A stretch of DNA of 64,000 bases from an uncultured Acidobacteriota bacterium (GTDB taxonomy: Bacteria; Acidobacteriota; Thermoanaerobaculia; Multivoradales; JAHEKO01). Shown here one piece after another: positions 28,539-38,637 of the stretch. Both the position numbers and the translations under genes were made by a program. The notes beneath the pieces were generated by a model. The model worked only from the letters and a program-made list of their open reading frames with translations, was not told where the DNA came from and made no database searches. How positions within the stretch are numbered: position 1 is the first letter of the stretch; each line of letters begins with the position of its first letter. The stretch lies in contig CAVQNG010000025.1 of NCBI GenBank assembly GCA_963713825.1, forward strand, positions 768,001 through 832,000, in the 5' to 3' direction.

Positions 28539-28558
28539 CATCGGTCAGCCTATCGAGA

Positions 28559-29035
28559 TCATTCGACCTGCACGGAGTCCAGATAGAGCACGAGCTCACG
28601 GATCTTCCGATGGGCCCGTTCTTCTGCCGTCTCGTCCCCGCCGGGAGGTTCCGCACCGGACGTCTGAAAGACGTCGCCCCACACCGGCATCTCCTTCATG
28701 CCGTGTCCGCGAATCTGCTCGCGGCCGTCGATAGACTTCATGACACGGTCGGCGGGAAACGTCCCGCCGCTCTCCTGGGTGAGGAGTGTCAGGTCGGTCG
28801 GTTGGACAGTCAGAAGCTCAGCCAACGTGCCGTCGCCCTTGGCTTTGGCGCCGTGACAGTTGATGCAGTAGACCCGATAGGTCACCCGTCCTTTGGCGAC
28901 CAGGAAGGCTGAGTCCTCGGTTGCACCGTCGGCGGGTCCGGCCACGGAAAGCACCAGGAGTATTGCGGCACACACGAGGATCGCGCCGCGCCCGGCGGCG
29001 AATAGGAATTGGCCACGGTCTTCGCGGTTTTTCAT
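28559..29035 (-). CDS. Periplasmic monoheme cytochrome c
   Basis: Signal peptide, CINCHG haem motif, HG...MPVWG distal Met. Confidence 0.9.
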   Translation of the reverse strand: MKNREDRGQFLFAAGRGAILVCAAILLVLSVAGPADGATEDSAFLVAKGRVTYRVYCINCHGAKAKGDGTLAELLTVQPTDLTLLTQESGGTFPADRVMKSIDGREQIRGHGMKEMPVWGDVFQTSGAEPPGGDETAEERAHRKIRELVLYLDSVQVE

Positions 29036-29321
29036 GGCTACCTCCCCCTCCTTGCAGGGTCTGTCGAGGTCCTATCTGTCTCAATACCGTAAGACTACTC
29101 CTCTGGCGTCGATTTCACAATGCAGCAGCCAAGGCTCCTGGCGGTTCTGTTGGCGGCCGGACTATTGAGCCTCGATGCCGTTTTCTGGCGGCGCACGAGG
29201 CTTCGGCGCAGGTCGACGTCTTGATCGCGAAGGAGGGTCGATCCATAATCTCCTGCACTTACTAGCGAACGGCCAGGCCTGCCACGAGCACCCCTGAGGC
29301 CGGAAGGAAGATCCGACGATC

Positions 29322-30389
29322 ATGCGACAGCTCATCGAAGAGATCGAAGCTTGGAGAAGACAGGGCTTCGGAGTGGCCTTGGCCACAGTAGTCAAGGTCT
29401 GGGGGTCGGCACCCCGCCCTCTGGGCTCGAAGATGGCAATCCGGGATGACGGGCAGATGGCTGGCTCGGTCAGCGGCGGCTGCATCGAGGCGGCAGTCTG
29501 TCAGGAAGCCGAGAGGGTGCTCGCTTCGAGTCAAAGTACTTTGGTGAGCTATGGAGTGGAGGACGAGGAGGCCTGGAGCCTGGGCCTGAGCTGTGGCGGT
29601 GAGATCGAAGTGTTCATCGAGAGGGTGCCTGAGGTGCAGGAGGTCATGCTGGAGGCGATTCGACGCTCTATCACGGACCAGGAGGAGTTAGTAGCGTTGG
29701 CGACTGTCGTGGCGGGCCCGGGCACTGGGTACCAGCTCTTGGTTTGGCCAGGCGGTCAGACGCTCGGTGATCTCGGTTCGCCGCGACTGAATCAGCGGGC
29801 TGCCCTCTACGCCGAACAGCTGATTCCTACCCAACAATGCGGCCGCAAGACCTTCGACCGCGAGGCTCACACGGTGGATGTCTTTTTCGAGGTTCTGGCA
29901 CCGCCCCCGAGATTGGTGGTCATTGGTGCGGTTCACGTTGCGGCCCACCTGATCGAGTTCGCGGGGGACCTCGGTTTCGAGACGATTCTGGTAGATCCAC
30001 GGTCGGCATTCTTGGAACAAGAGCGGTTTGCCAAAGCAGACCAACTCGTCGGGGCCTGGCCGCAGGAGGCTCTCTCGGAGGTTGGAATCGACGCGAGTAC
30101 TTTCGTCGCAGTGCTCAGCCACGACCCCAAAATCGACTTGCCGGCCATCGAATCGGCCCTGCGCAGCCCTGCCCGGTACATCGGAGTCCTCGGTTCGAAG
30201 AAATCACACCGGAAGAGGGTATCGACACTCTTGGAGAGGGGATTCTCTGACGAGGAACTGAGACGGTTGCACGCCCCCATTGGGCTCGATCTCGGTGGGC
30301 GTCGGGCGGTGGAGATCGCCCTGGCCATCGCTGCTCAGATGGTCGCGGTCCATCATGGCCAGTCAGGCTCTCCAAAGAATGCCGGATAG
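29322..30389 (+). CDS. xdhC: XdhC/CoxI-family molybdoenzyme maturation factor
   Basis: WGSAPRPLG, GSVSGGCIE, GLSCGG.IEVF, YIG.LGS, LHAPIGLD. Confidence 0.92.
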   Translation: MRQLIEEIEAWRRQGFGVALATVVKVWGSAPRPLGSKMAIRDDGQMAGSVSGGCIEAAVCQEAERVLASSQSTLVSYGVEDEEAWSLGLSCGGEIEVFIERVPEVQEVMLEAIRRSITDQEELVALATVVAGPGTGYQLLVWPGGQTLGDLGSPRLNQRAALYAEQLIPTQQCGRKTFDREAHTVDVFFEVLAPPPRLVVIGAVHVAAHLIEFAGDLGFETILVDPRSAFLEQERFAKADQLVGAWPQEALSEVGIDASTFVAVLSHDPKIDLPAIESALRSPARYIGVLGSKKSHRKRVSTLLERGFSDEELRRLHAPIGLDLGGRRAVEIALAIAAQMVAVHHGQSGSPKNAG

Positions 30390-30978
30390 CTCGACCGTCA
30401 CGGGTGTGCTGCTGGCTGCTGGCCCTTCACGGCGATTCATGGCGGCGGTGCCGAAACAGCTCTGGCCCATCGATGGCGAACCTCTCGTCGCGAGAGTCGC
30501 GAAGGCTGCCCTGGAATCGAGAGTCGCGGAGCTCATCGTAGTCGTCGGGCACGAGGCGGACCGGGTCTCTGACGTTCTGGCAGGGCTCAGGGTCAGAATC
30601 GTCGCCAACCCGGCATTCATGGAAGGTCAGGCCAGCTCTGTGAAGTCGGGTCTCTCGGCGATCGGTCTCGAGGCCTCGGGAGCGCTGTTCATCCCGGCGG
30701 ATCAACCGCTCCTCGGCTGCGACTTGATCGATCGGCTGATCCTGTCGTTCGAGGTCACCGGTGGGCCGATCGTGGTGCCAACCTTCGAGGGAGAACGAGG
30801 CGCACCTGTTCTCTTCGCTCGAAGTCTCTTTCATGAGTTGGCAGGGTTGGTGGGAGACGCAGGAGGGCGGCAGCTGTTCTCGCGTCACGCCGACAACGTT
30901 GTCGAGCTGCCACTCACGGACCCAGCTCCGCTGATAGATGTAGACACTCCGGAGGATCTGGAGAAGCTCGGTCTCTAG
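30379..30978 (+). CDS. mocA: Molybdenum cofactor cytidylyltransferase-like nucleotidyltransferase
   Basis: LLAAG.S.R....KQL, GQASS, ADQP, PVLF, GDAGGR, DVDTPED; downstream of xdhC. Confidence 0.85.
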   Translation: MPDSSTVTGVLLAAGPSRRFMAAVPKQLWPIDGEPLVARVAKAALESRVAELIVVVGHEADRVSDVLAGLRVRIVANPAFMEGQASSVKSGLSAIGLEASGALFIPADQPLLGCDLIDRLILSFEVTGGPIVVPTFEGERGAPVLFARSLFHELAGLVGDAGGRQLFSRHADNVVELPLTDPAPLIDVDTPEDLEKLGL

Positions 30979-31613
30979 TCGGCTCGGGTGCCGAACATCC
31001 TGTCTCCAGCATCACCCAGCCCCGGCACGATATAGGCCCTCTCGTCCAGTCGTTCATCGACCGCGGCCGTTACGATGGGTACCTCCGGGTGGTGAGCGTG
31101 GAAGTTCGTGATGCCTTCCGGCGCGGCCAACAGGCTCACCACCTTGAGTGAGCGTGGTTCTTGCAGCTGGATCCGATCAACGGCAGCGACCGCCGTGTTG
31201 CCGGTCGCGAGCATCGGATCGACGAGCAGCACGTCTCGCTCGTGGAGGTCGCCTGGCAGTTTGAAGTAGTACTCGCTGGGGCTGTGTGTCGTCTCGTCTC
31301 GTCTCAGCCCGATGTGTCCCACTCTGGCCGACGGCAGGATATGCAGCATTCCGTCCAGGAGGCCCAGCCCGGCCCTCAGGACCCCAACCAGGACGATCTT
31401 CTTGCCATCCAGCAAGGGCGCCCGAGTTTTCGCCAATGGCGTCTCGATCTCGTGCAGAGTCAGCGGCAGGTCGCGGGTGACCTCGTACGCGAGCAGCATG
31501 CTGATCTCGGAGAGCAGGGCTCGGAACGAAGCGGTACAGGTCTGCTTCCTTCTCATCAGCGTCAGCTTGTGTTGAATGAGGGGATGGTCCACTACCGTAA
31601 CGCTGCCTTGCAT
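30975..31613 (-). CDS. upp: Uracil phosphoribosyltransferase
   Basis: [38 protein letters not shown]; GGAG RBS before ATG 31613. Confidence 0.97.
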   Translation of the reverse strand: MQGSVTVVDHPLIQHKLTLMRRKQTCTASFRALLSEISMLLAYEVTRDLPLTLHEIETPLAKTRAPLLDGKKIVLVGVLRAGLGLLDGMLHILPSARVGHIGLRRDETTHSPSEYYFKLPGDLHERDVLLVDPMLATGNTAVAAVDRIQLQEPRSLKVVSLLAAPEGITNFHAHHPEVPIVTAAVDERLDERAYIVPGLGDAGDRMFGTRAD

Positions 31614-31655
31614 GGGTTCTCCTTGAAGTCTGTGGGCCAACGGCCACCGAAGATG

Positions 31656-32867
31656 CTACCGCATCGATTCGCCGGCCTTGCCTTCCGGCAGGCCGCCCAG
31701 ATCGAACGAACGGGCGAGGGTATCCGCAACGGCCAGGCCATCCAGCGTCGGTAGCAGACGGGATCGATCGATCGTCGCCAGTCCGCTCTCGACGAGTCGT
31801 TCGATCGTCACTCGGTTGCTCTCCCACAGCGCCGGCCCCAGTCCGTCGGGCAGGTCCGCGAAGTCGACTCCGGCGTAGGTTCTCAGTCCCATCATCAGAC
31901 GCTCGAGAACGAGACTTCCGGCGCCCAGTTCCTCATGGCTCTCGATGGGCAAACGGCCTTTTCCCAAAGGTGCCATCCAACCCTTGATCTTGCGAGCATT
32001 CCACCATCTCCGACGGCCAGAGAACGAGTGAGCGGAGGGACCGAGACCGAGGTAGGGCGCATGAGTCCAGTATTTCTGGTTGTGGAGGGACCGGTGCTCC
32101 CGGCCGGCTGCAAAATTGGAGACCTCGTAGCCCGGCAGACCGCCGTTGCCCAGGTGATGATGGGTGAGCAGGAAGAGGTCGGCTTGCTCGTCGTTGCCCA
32201 TCTCCACCAGTTCACCCCGCTGTTGGCGGAAGCCGAAAGGGGTTCGGGGATGAACGGTCAGCTGATAGCAGGAGAGATGTTGTGGCCCCGCTGCCAGAGC
32301 CTGGTCGAGATCGCGGCGCCAGTCCATCGGGGTCTGGCCTGGCAGGCCGTAGATTAGATCCATGGCAACGGTGTCGAAGCCAGCTTCGAGGGCGATGTCG
32401 AGACTCTGCTTGGCGATTCGCGGCGAGTGTTGTCGGCCCAGAAAGGAAAGAGAGCGCTGGGAAAAGGACTGTACGCCCAGACTGATCGTCCGAAATCCCA
32501 TCTCTCGCCACGCCGTCACCGAGTCTGCGTTGACATCCTCCGGATTGGCCTCGAGGAACAACCAGACATCGTCGCGGACTTGCAGTTTGGATCGAACGGC
32601 TTCGAGCAGCCTCTCGAGATCCCTCGGCGGCAGCATCGAGGGAGTGCCGCCACCGAGGTAGATCGTCTCGAACAGCCGTTGTGGCGGATCCCGCAGCAGG
32701 TCTGGCCAGCCGGAGTCCGCCAGCAGCTCGATCTCGAGCAACAGGTGGGTCAGGTAGCGGTCCTGCCAGGAGCGATCTCCAGTCAGGACCGAGAAATCGC
32801 AATAGGGGCAGATGTGGGTACAGAACGGAACGTGGATGTAGAGCCCTGGGCCGTTGAAATCACTCAC
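31656..32867 (-). CDS. hemW: Radical SAM heme chaperone HemW (HemN-like)
   Basis: LYIHVPFC..ICPYCDF, GGGTPS, EANP, YEVSNFA, HNQKYW; GTG start overlapping the lepA stop. Confidence 0.9.
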   Translation of the reverse strand: MSDFNGPGLYIHVPFCTHICPYCDFSVLTGDRSWQDRYLTHLLLEIELLADSGWPDLLRDPPQRLFETIYLGGGTPSMLPPRDLERLLEAVRSKLQVRDDVWLFLEANPEDVNADSVTAWREMGFRTISLGVQSFSQRSLSFLGRQHSPRIAKQSLDIALEAGFDTVAMDLIYGLPGQTPMDWRRDLDQALAAGPQHLSCYQLTVHPRTPFGFRQQRGELVEMGNDEQADLFLLTHHHLGNGGLPGYEVSNFAAGREHRSLHNQKYWTHAPYLGLGPSAHSFSGRRRWWNARKIKGWMAPLGKGRLPIESHEELGAGSLVLERLMMGLRTYAGVDFADLPDGLGPALWESNRVTIERLVESGLATIDRSRLLPTLDGLAVADTLARSFDLGGLPEGKAGESMR

Positions 32868-34663
32868 TTCTGGGAGTCGGACTTGAGTACCGCCATGAAC
32901 GCTGATTGTGGGATCTCCACGGCCCCGACCACCTTCATCCGCTTCTTGCCTTCGCGCTGCTTTTCCAGCAGCTTTCTCTTGCGAGTGATGTCTCCGCCGT
33001 AGCACTTGGCCGTCACATCTTTGCGGTAGGCGTTGATCGTGGACCGGGCGATGATCTGGCCGCCGATCGCCCCCTGAATAGCGATCTTGAACTGCTGACG
33101 TGGGATCGTCTCTTCGAGCCGCTCGCAGTAGCGCATTGCCCTGGCTCGGGACATGTCCCGATGCACCAGTTGTGAGAGTGCGTCGACCGGCTCGCCATTC
33201 ACCAGAATATCGACCTTGACCAGATCGGTTGGCCGGTAGTCCAGCATGTCGTAGTCGAAGGACCCATACCCTTGCGTGACGGTCTTGAGCTTGTCGTAGA
33301 AATCGAACAACACCTCGGCCAGCGGCAGCTCGGAAGTCAGCTCGACTCGGCCAACGGCCAAGTAGTTGAAGGTCGTGTTCAATCCGCGCTTCTCACGACA
33401 CAGCTCCATGACGACCCCGATGTAGCGCTCGGGCATCATGATCGAGGCCTTGATGTAGGGCTCGGTGGCACTCTCGATCTGGGACGGGTCGGGATAGAGG
33501 GTCGGATTGTCGACGGCGATCTCCTCGCCACTGCTGAGCGTGATTTCGTATCGCACGGATGGAGCCGACAAAATCAGGGACAGGTCGTATTCCCGTCGCA
33601 GCCTCTCTTGCACGACATCGAGGTGTAGCAGGCCCAGGAACCCGCAGCGAAAGCCGAATCCGAGGGCGGCGGAAGAGTCCTTTTCGTAGGTCAGGGCGGC
33701 GTCATTGAGGGCCAGCTTGTCGAGAGCTGTTGCGAGATCCTCGTAGTCGTCCGTTGACATTGGATAGATCGAAGAGAAGACGACGGGTTTGGCTTCCTTG
33801 TAGCCAGGCAGAGGCTCGCTGGCTGGGCTCTTGGCATCGGTGATGGTGTCGCCGATCGCGATGTCTCGTACGGTCTTGATGCCAGCAATGACGTAGCCTA
33901 CCGATCCGGCAGACAATTCGTCGGTCTCGACCCTGCGAAGCTGCAGTTGCCCGACTTCTTCCACTTCGAATTCCTTGTCGGAGTGCATCAGACGAATTCG
34001 TTGGCCTGCTCGAAGACGACCTTCCTTGACGCGACAGAGCATGACGACACCTCGATAGACGTCGTACTGCGCATCGAAGATCAGTGCCTGGAGCCTGGCT
34101 GCGGGGTCTCCGGTGGGTGGAGGGAGCTTCTGAACCACCGCTTCGAGCACAGCCTCGATGCCGGTGCCCTGTTTGGCTGAGCAGAGTGCAGCTTCGTAGG
34201 GATCGAGTCCGAGGTCTTCTGAAATCTCCTCTCGCGCCCGCTCGACATCGGCGGACGGCAAGTCGATCTTGTTGATGACCGGCACCACCTCGAGGTCGTA
34301 CTCCAGTGCCAAGTAGAGGTTGGCCACGGTCTGCGCCTCGACACCCTGAGATGCATCGACTAGCAGCAGTGCGCCTTCGCAGGACATCAGAGAACGGCGA
34401 ACCTCGTGCGAAAAGTCGACATGTCCGGGTGTGTCGATCAGGTTGAGCGTGTACTGATTGCCATCCTGAGCTTTGTAGAGGAGGCTCACGGTATTGCTCT
34501 TGATCGTGATCCCACGCTCTCGTTCAATATCCATGGAGTCGAGAATCTGGTCCCGAAACTCCCGGTCTTCGACCCCACCACAGCTCTGGATCAGTCGATC
34601 GGCCAGCGTCGACTTGCCATGATCGATGTGAGCGATGATGCAGAAATTGCGGATCAGTTCCAC
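32864..34663 (-). CDS. lepA: Elongation factor 4
   Basis: IRNFCIIAHIDHGKSTLADR, GFRCGFLGLLH, KCYGGDITRKRKLLEKQ. Confidence 0.98.
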   Translation of the reverse strand: MELIRNFCIIAHIDHGKSTLADRLIQSCGGVEDREFRDQILDSMDIERERGITIKSNTVSLLYKAQDGNQYTLNLIDTPGHVDFSHEVRRSLMSCEGALLLVDASQGVEAQTVANLYLALEYDLEVVPVINKIDLPSADVERAREEISEDLGLDPYEAALCSAKQGTGIEAVLEAVVQKLPPPTGDPAARLQALIFDAQYDVYRGVVMLCRVKEGRLRAGQRIRLMHSDKEFEVEEVGQLQLRRVETDELSAGSVGYVIAGIKTVRDIAIGDTITDAKSPASEPLPGYKEAKPVVFSSIYPMSTDDYEDLATALDKLALNDAALTYEKDSSAALGFGFRCGFLGLLHLDVVQERLRREYDLSLILSAPSVRYEITLSSGEEIAVDNPTLYPDPSQIESATEPYIKASIMMPERYIGVVMELCREKRGLNTTFNYLAVGRVELTSELPLAEVLFDFYDKLKTVTQGYGSFDYDMLDYRPTDLVKVDILVNGEPVDALSQLVHRDMSRARAMRYCERLEETIPRQQFKIAIQGAIGGQIIARSTINAYRKDVTAKCYGGDITRKRKLLEKQREGKKRMKVVGAVEIPQSAFMAVLKSDSQK

Positions 34664-34836
34664 GCTTGATGTTCTCCCGACTTCGACTCCGGCCCCGGTG
34701 TCGTCGGGACCTCGGCCTTTCGAGCCGTGAGTTTACCTCCGATGCTCCCGGCGTGAGACGACAATTCACAGCCGAGAGTCGGTTTTGGCGCTAGAATGGG
34801 GGCAACCGTTAGCCTAGTGGCGCCCGGATTTACCTG

Positions 34837-36507
34837 ATGACCGGCTACCCCCAGGACCCTACGTCGTCGAGTAGCTCGCCTGTCGAGCCGGATGAACCGC
34901 TCGTTGTTCTGGAATTCTCCAGCTTCGAGGATTTTCTCAACAGCTGCGCCTCCAGGATCTCCCCATCGGGATTGTTTCTCGAGGTCGAGCCCAGGGAACG
35001 AGTCAGCTCGCCCCTGCGCTTCGAGTTGCGCATTCGCGATGGATTCCGCCTGCTGCGAGGCGAAGGAAAAGTCACTCGAGTGCACGACCCGCTGCCAACG
35101 ACGGGCGATGTTGCTGGCGTGACCGTGCGCTTCACAAGCCTCGATGAGGCCAGCCAGAAGCTCTTGCCGGTAGTGCTGGATCACTATCATCAGAGAGGCG
35201 TGCCCTTGCTGGACATGGAGGTGGAGAGTCCTGGAGTCGAAGTCGAGGTCACGGAGCAGGAGACAGCGCGAGACGTAGCCGCCGAAGTCACACTGGACGA
35301 TCTCTGGGAGGAGTTCGAGGTCGTTGCGGAGCGTCCACTGGAGACACCGGCCGACGAGAGCTCAGGGGTGGGCGAATCGGAACCACGTCTGATCGAGGCA
35401 GAGCAGTTCGTGACCGACACCAACTCGCAAGAGACTGGCGACGAGTTGGAGGTGGCTCTGGAGTCCGTCGACCGGTCGGAGCCGGGGGTCGAAACCCTCG
35501 AGACAATCGAAGGCGAGGACAGCAAGACCGAGATTGCCGAGGCGGCAGAGCTCGAGCCGGAGATTGCGGAGGCAGTCGAAGACGAGGCAGAGCATGTAGA
35601 AGAGGTCATCGAAGCTGTGGTGCAGGAGACGGTCCTCGAGGAGGACCCTCTCGACCTCGCTGGTGTGCTTCCGACCGCACCTGGGGCATCGATTTCGTCG
35701 AGTGAGGATTTCGAGCTCCTGCCGGACGATGGTGCCGAGCTCGAAGAAGCGCAACCGAAACCCTGGTGGCAGCGTCGCGAGCTCTGGCTTTTTCTCCTCA
35801 TGGCCTTTCTGGGCATTCTTGTCGGCATCGTCGTCTATCTGAAGTACATGGATGGATACGAGTGGCCCTGGTCCAGCAGCTCGGATCGGGGGCAAACGAC
35901 GCCTGCCGAGGTTGTCGTGACGGATGGCAAAGAGGTGCCTGACGGCAGAGACATCATTGCCGTCTATGACTTCGAGGACCCTACCCAGGTCGAGGCCAGA
36001 TTGGGGGACGCGGAAGGAGAGGACACTACGTCCGAATCACTGACGCCAAGCCAGAGTAGTCGAGGAGAGCCAACTCCCCGAGCTCGCCCGAAGCAGGCCG
36101 GCAAGCAGAACCAGAAGCAGGCCGGCACGCAAAGGAAGACCCCCGCCCGTCCACCTGCCGATCTGGTGCTGACCGGCGTCGATCGCATTACCTGGCAGGA
36201 GTCCCAGGATCAGACTGTCCTGACTCTGTGGGGCGATGGTCCCTTCGACACCGATCAGTTGGTGGTCTTTCGATTGGATACCGGTACTCCGAGGCAGGTC
36301 GTCAAGATTCTGGGTATCTCCCGACCCTTCTCAGATCGCAATCTGGCGGTCGGTACGAGCCACGTTTCGGCAATCCGGACTGGCCTTCATACTGGGGATG
36401 TAGGTCAGGAGCTGCATGTCGTGGCCGATCTCGAAGATCCAGCGGTGCGGATGCGCCGCGTGGAGTCCGAGGGCTCCCAACTCCACGTCTACTTTTCGAG
36501 GCTCTGA
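34837..36507 (+). CDS. Single-pass membrane protein: PilZ-like N-domain, acidic linker, AMIN-like C-domain
   Basis: IS.SGLF...FEL......LLRGEGKV......V.VRFT.LD (PilZ-like); central TM helix; C-terminal PRQVVKILG...VSAIRTGLH....LHVVADL (AMIN-like). Confidence 0.6.
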   Translation: MTGYPQDPTSSSSSPVEPDEPLVVLEFSSFEDFLNSCASRISPSGLFLEVEPRERVSSPLRFELRIRDGFRLLRGEGKVTRVHDPLPTTGDVAGVTVRFTSLDEASQKLLPVVLDHYHQRGVPLLDMEVESPGVEVEVTEQETARDVAAEVTLDDLWEEFEVVAERPLETPADESSGVGESEPRLIEAEQFVTDTNSQETGDELEVALESVDRSEPGVETLETIEGEDSKTEIAEAAELEPEIAEAVEDEAEHVEEVIEAVVQETVLEEDPLDLAGVLPTAPGASISSSEDFELLPDDGAELEEAQPKPWWQRRELWLFLLMAFLGILVGIVVYLKYMDGYEWPWSSSSDRGQTTPAEVVVTDGKEVPDGRDIIAVYDFEDPTQVEARLGDAEGEDTTSESLTPSQSSRGEPTPRARPKQAGKQNQKQAGTQRKTPARPPADLVLTGVDRITWQESQDQTVLTLWGDGPFDTDQLVVFRLDTGTPRQVVKILGISRPFSDRNLAVGTSHVSAIRTGLHTGDVGQELHVVADLEDPAVRMRRVESEGSQLHVYFSRL

Positions 36508-37562
36508 CTCCCAGGTCGAAGCACGACCTTGAGGCTTTCGCGGCGCAGCATGCTGTCTAGGGCCTCTGCCGTGTGCTCCAAAGGCATCTCGCGAGACAGG
36601 AGTATGCCGACCGGCAGGCAATGACGCGCCAGAAGGTCGAGGGCTCTCGTGACTGTGGCGGGACGGTGATGGTAGGCGCCCCGAACGACGATCTCGTCAT
36701 AGTGGATTCTGGTCGTGTCGAGGGACAGCCTGGTCCCCGGGGGGCAGCCTCCGAATAACAGCACTTCGCCGCCTGGCCGGATGCAGACGGTGGCCAGCTC
36801 CCAGCCAGAGACCGTACCCGTGGCATCGACAGCGAGGTCGAATCCGAGGCCGCTGTCAGCCAACCCCAGGATCGCCGCAACCGCTTCTGAGTCCACTGGT
36901 TCGAGAGCGGCGTCAGCACCCATTTGGATTGCCACCTCCCGCCGCCCAGAGTGCGGATCGACAAGAACCACCCGATGGCCTGCCGAGGAGAGGGCGCCAA
37001 CAAGCAGTTGGCCGATGGGGCCGCCCCCGAGGACGACTACATCTCTGGCCGCTGACAGTGAACACGCCTCGATTCCGTGCAGGACACAGGCGAGAGGCTC
37101 GGTCAGGCAGGCATGCTCGGCGGACAATCCGGGTGGTACTGGATAGGTGCTCCTCCTGACGAAGCGTGCCGGCACCGGCAGATAGTCGGCAAAGGCGCCG
37201 TTGAGGTAGAGCAGGTCCCGACAGAGATTCTCTCGACCGGCAGTACAGTACTGGCAGTGACTGCAAGACGCCGAGTTGAGGACGACCACGACGTCGCCCG
37301 GCCGCTGATGCTCGACTCCCTCACCAACCGCGACGACAGTGCCGGCGCATTCATGGCCGAAAGGCGATGGCACCTGAAGCATTCGCGGGTGACCCCCTTG
37401 CTTGTAGACCTTGAGATCGGTGCCGCACGTCGTTGCGACATCGACGCGCAGCGTCAGCTCACCGGCTTGGGGCTCTGGCAGTTCCAGGTCTCTGATCTCG
37501 ATCCGTTCCGGGCCGAGCAGGCAGGCGGCCCGATAGCTCTCAGGGAGCTGCATGGCCACCAT
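36489..37562 (-). CDS. Zinc-dependent MDR dehydrogenase
   Basis: CGTD, GHE.AG, CSHCQYC......C, EPLAC, GGGPIG; true start may be ATG 37553. Confidence 0.9.
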   Translation of the reverse strand: MVAMQLPESYRAACLLGPERIEIRDLELPEPQAGELTLRVDVATTCGTDLKVYKQGGHPRMLQVPSPFGHECAGTVVAVGEGVEHQRPGDVVVVLNSASCSHCQYCTAGRENLCRDLLYLNGAFADYLPVPARFVRRSTYPVPPGLSAEHACLTEPLACVLHGIEACSLSAARDVVVLGGGPIGQLLVGALSSAGHRVVLVDPHSGRREVAIQMGADAALEPVDSEAVAAILGLADSGLGFDLAVDATGTVSGWELATVCIRPGGEVLLFGGCPPGTRLSLDTTRIHYDEIVVRGAYHHRPATVTRALDLLARHCLPVGILLSREMPLEHTAEALDSMLRRESLKVVLRPGSQSLEK

Positions 37563-38637
37563 CTTCCACTCCGGGCTCGAGCAGGATCTTGAGGGCCTTC
37601 TGCTGGCTGGCCAGCTCGACGGCTCTCTGGAAGTTCCGCAGCGGCAGGCGATGACTGACCAGGGGAGTCGGATCGAGCCGCCCCGAAGTCAAGAGTGCGA
37701 AGACCCTGCTCTGCTCGTTCAAAGATCCCGAGTAGGTGCCAATCACTCGTCGCTCGTGCTTGAAGATCTGATTCATCTGTACCGCCAGGGGGGCACCCGG
37801 TCTCGCATGAGCGAACAGGATCAAGCTACCTCCCTCTCGAGTCAACGGCAGTGCCTCTGCGGTGGCAGCTGGGAGGCCCACAGTGTCGAAGACGACATCG
37901 GCTCCGGCTCCTTCGCAGAGGTGCTCGACCGCTTCGGCGAGCGTCTCGGGTGAGGTCACGACGTCGGCTCCCAGGGCTCTGGCGTGCTGTCGCCGCTCGG
38001 GAATCGGATCACTCATGGCGACGCGAATGCCGCGATATAGAGCGCGGAGTAGCAGCAAATGAAGCAGACCCATGCTGCCGCAGCCGAGGACGATCGCCGA
38101 GATGGGCTGCTGGGACGAGGAATCGGCACTGGGAAGTCCCGCTCTGTCGATGCCCCTGAGGACGCAAGCAGCCGGTTCCATGAAGATCGCCGCCGCGTCG
38201 GGTAGCTCGGAGGGCAACGCTCGGGCAGCTCTCTCGACGGCTGGCCTCTTGACCAGTACGAACTCGCTGAAGCCTCCGGGAGCCAGTTGGTTCTCTCGGA
38301 AAGTCGAACAGAGAGTCTCGCTTCCACGCCGACAAAGGGAACACTTCCCACAGGCTACGTGGTGAGGGACGGTGATTCTCTGATCCAGCTGGAAGCGGGC
38401 CACTCCTGGTCCCAGCGCCGCTACGCTGCCGACCAACTCGTGGCCGAGGACGGTACCGATCGCAATGGCGTCATTCTCGAGCTTGAAGAGATCGGTTCCG
38501 CAGAAGCCGCAGCAGCGCAGTCTGAGCAGGATCTCGCCTTCGGCAGGCTCGGGAATCGAGAGCTCTTCCAGTCGGGACTCGCCCCGCCCGGCGTAGAGAA
38601 CTGCCCGCATCGTCCCGACTTCGACTGGCTCATCCAT
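37540..38637 (-). CDS. Zinc-dependent MDR dehydrogenase
   Basis: CGTD, GHE.VG, HHVACGKCSLC......C, EPAAC, GCGSMG. Confidence 0.9.
   Translation of the reverse strand: MDEPVEVGTMRAVLYAGRGESRLEELSIPEPAEGEILLRLRCCGFCGTDLFKLENDAIAIGTVLGHELVGSVAALGPGVARFQLDQRITVPHHVACGKCSLCRRGSETLCSTFRENQLAPGGFSEFVLVKRPAVERAARALPSELPDAAAIFMEPAACVLRGIDRAGLPSADSSSQQPISAIVLGCGSMGLLHLLLLRALYRGIRVAMSDPIPERRQHARALGADVVTSPETLAEAVEHLCEGAGADVVFDTVGLPAATAEALPLTREGGSLILFAHARPGAPLAVQMNQIFKHERRVIGTYSGSLNEQSRVFALLTSGRLDPTPLVSHRLPLRNFQRAVELASQQKALKILLEPGVEDGGHAAP

Noticed and set aside
31656-33005. Long N-terminal extensions in the ORF track (hemW, hisC, hisF, aminotransferase, ABC ATPase and others) as real gene overlaps
   Set aside because: Downstream starts with an RBS or stop-start coupling match the family N-termini better.
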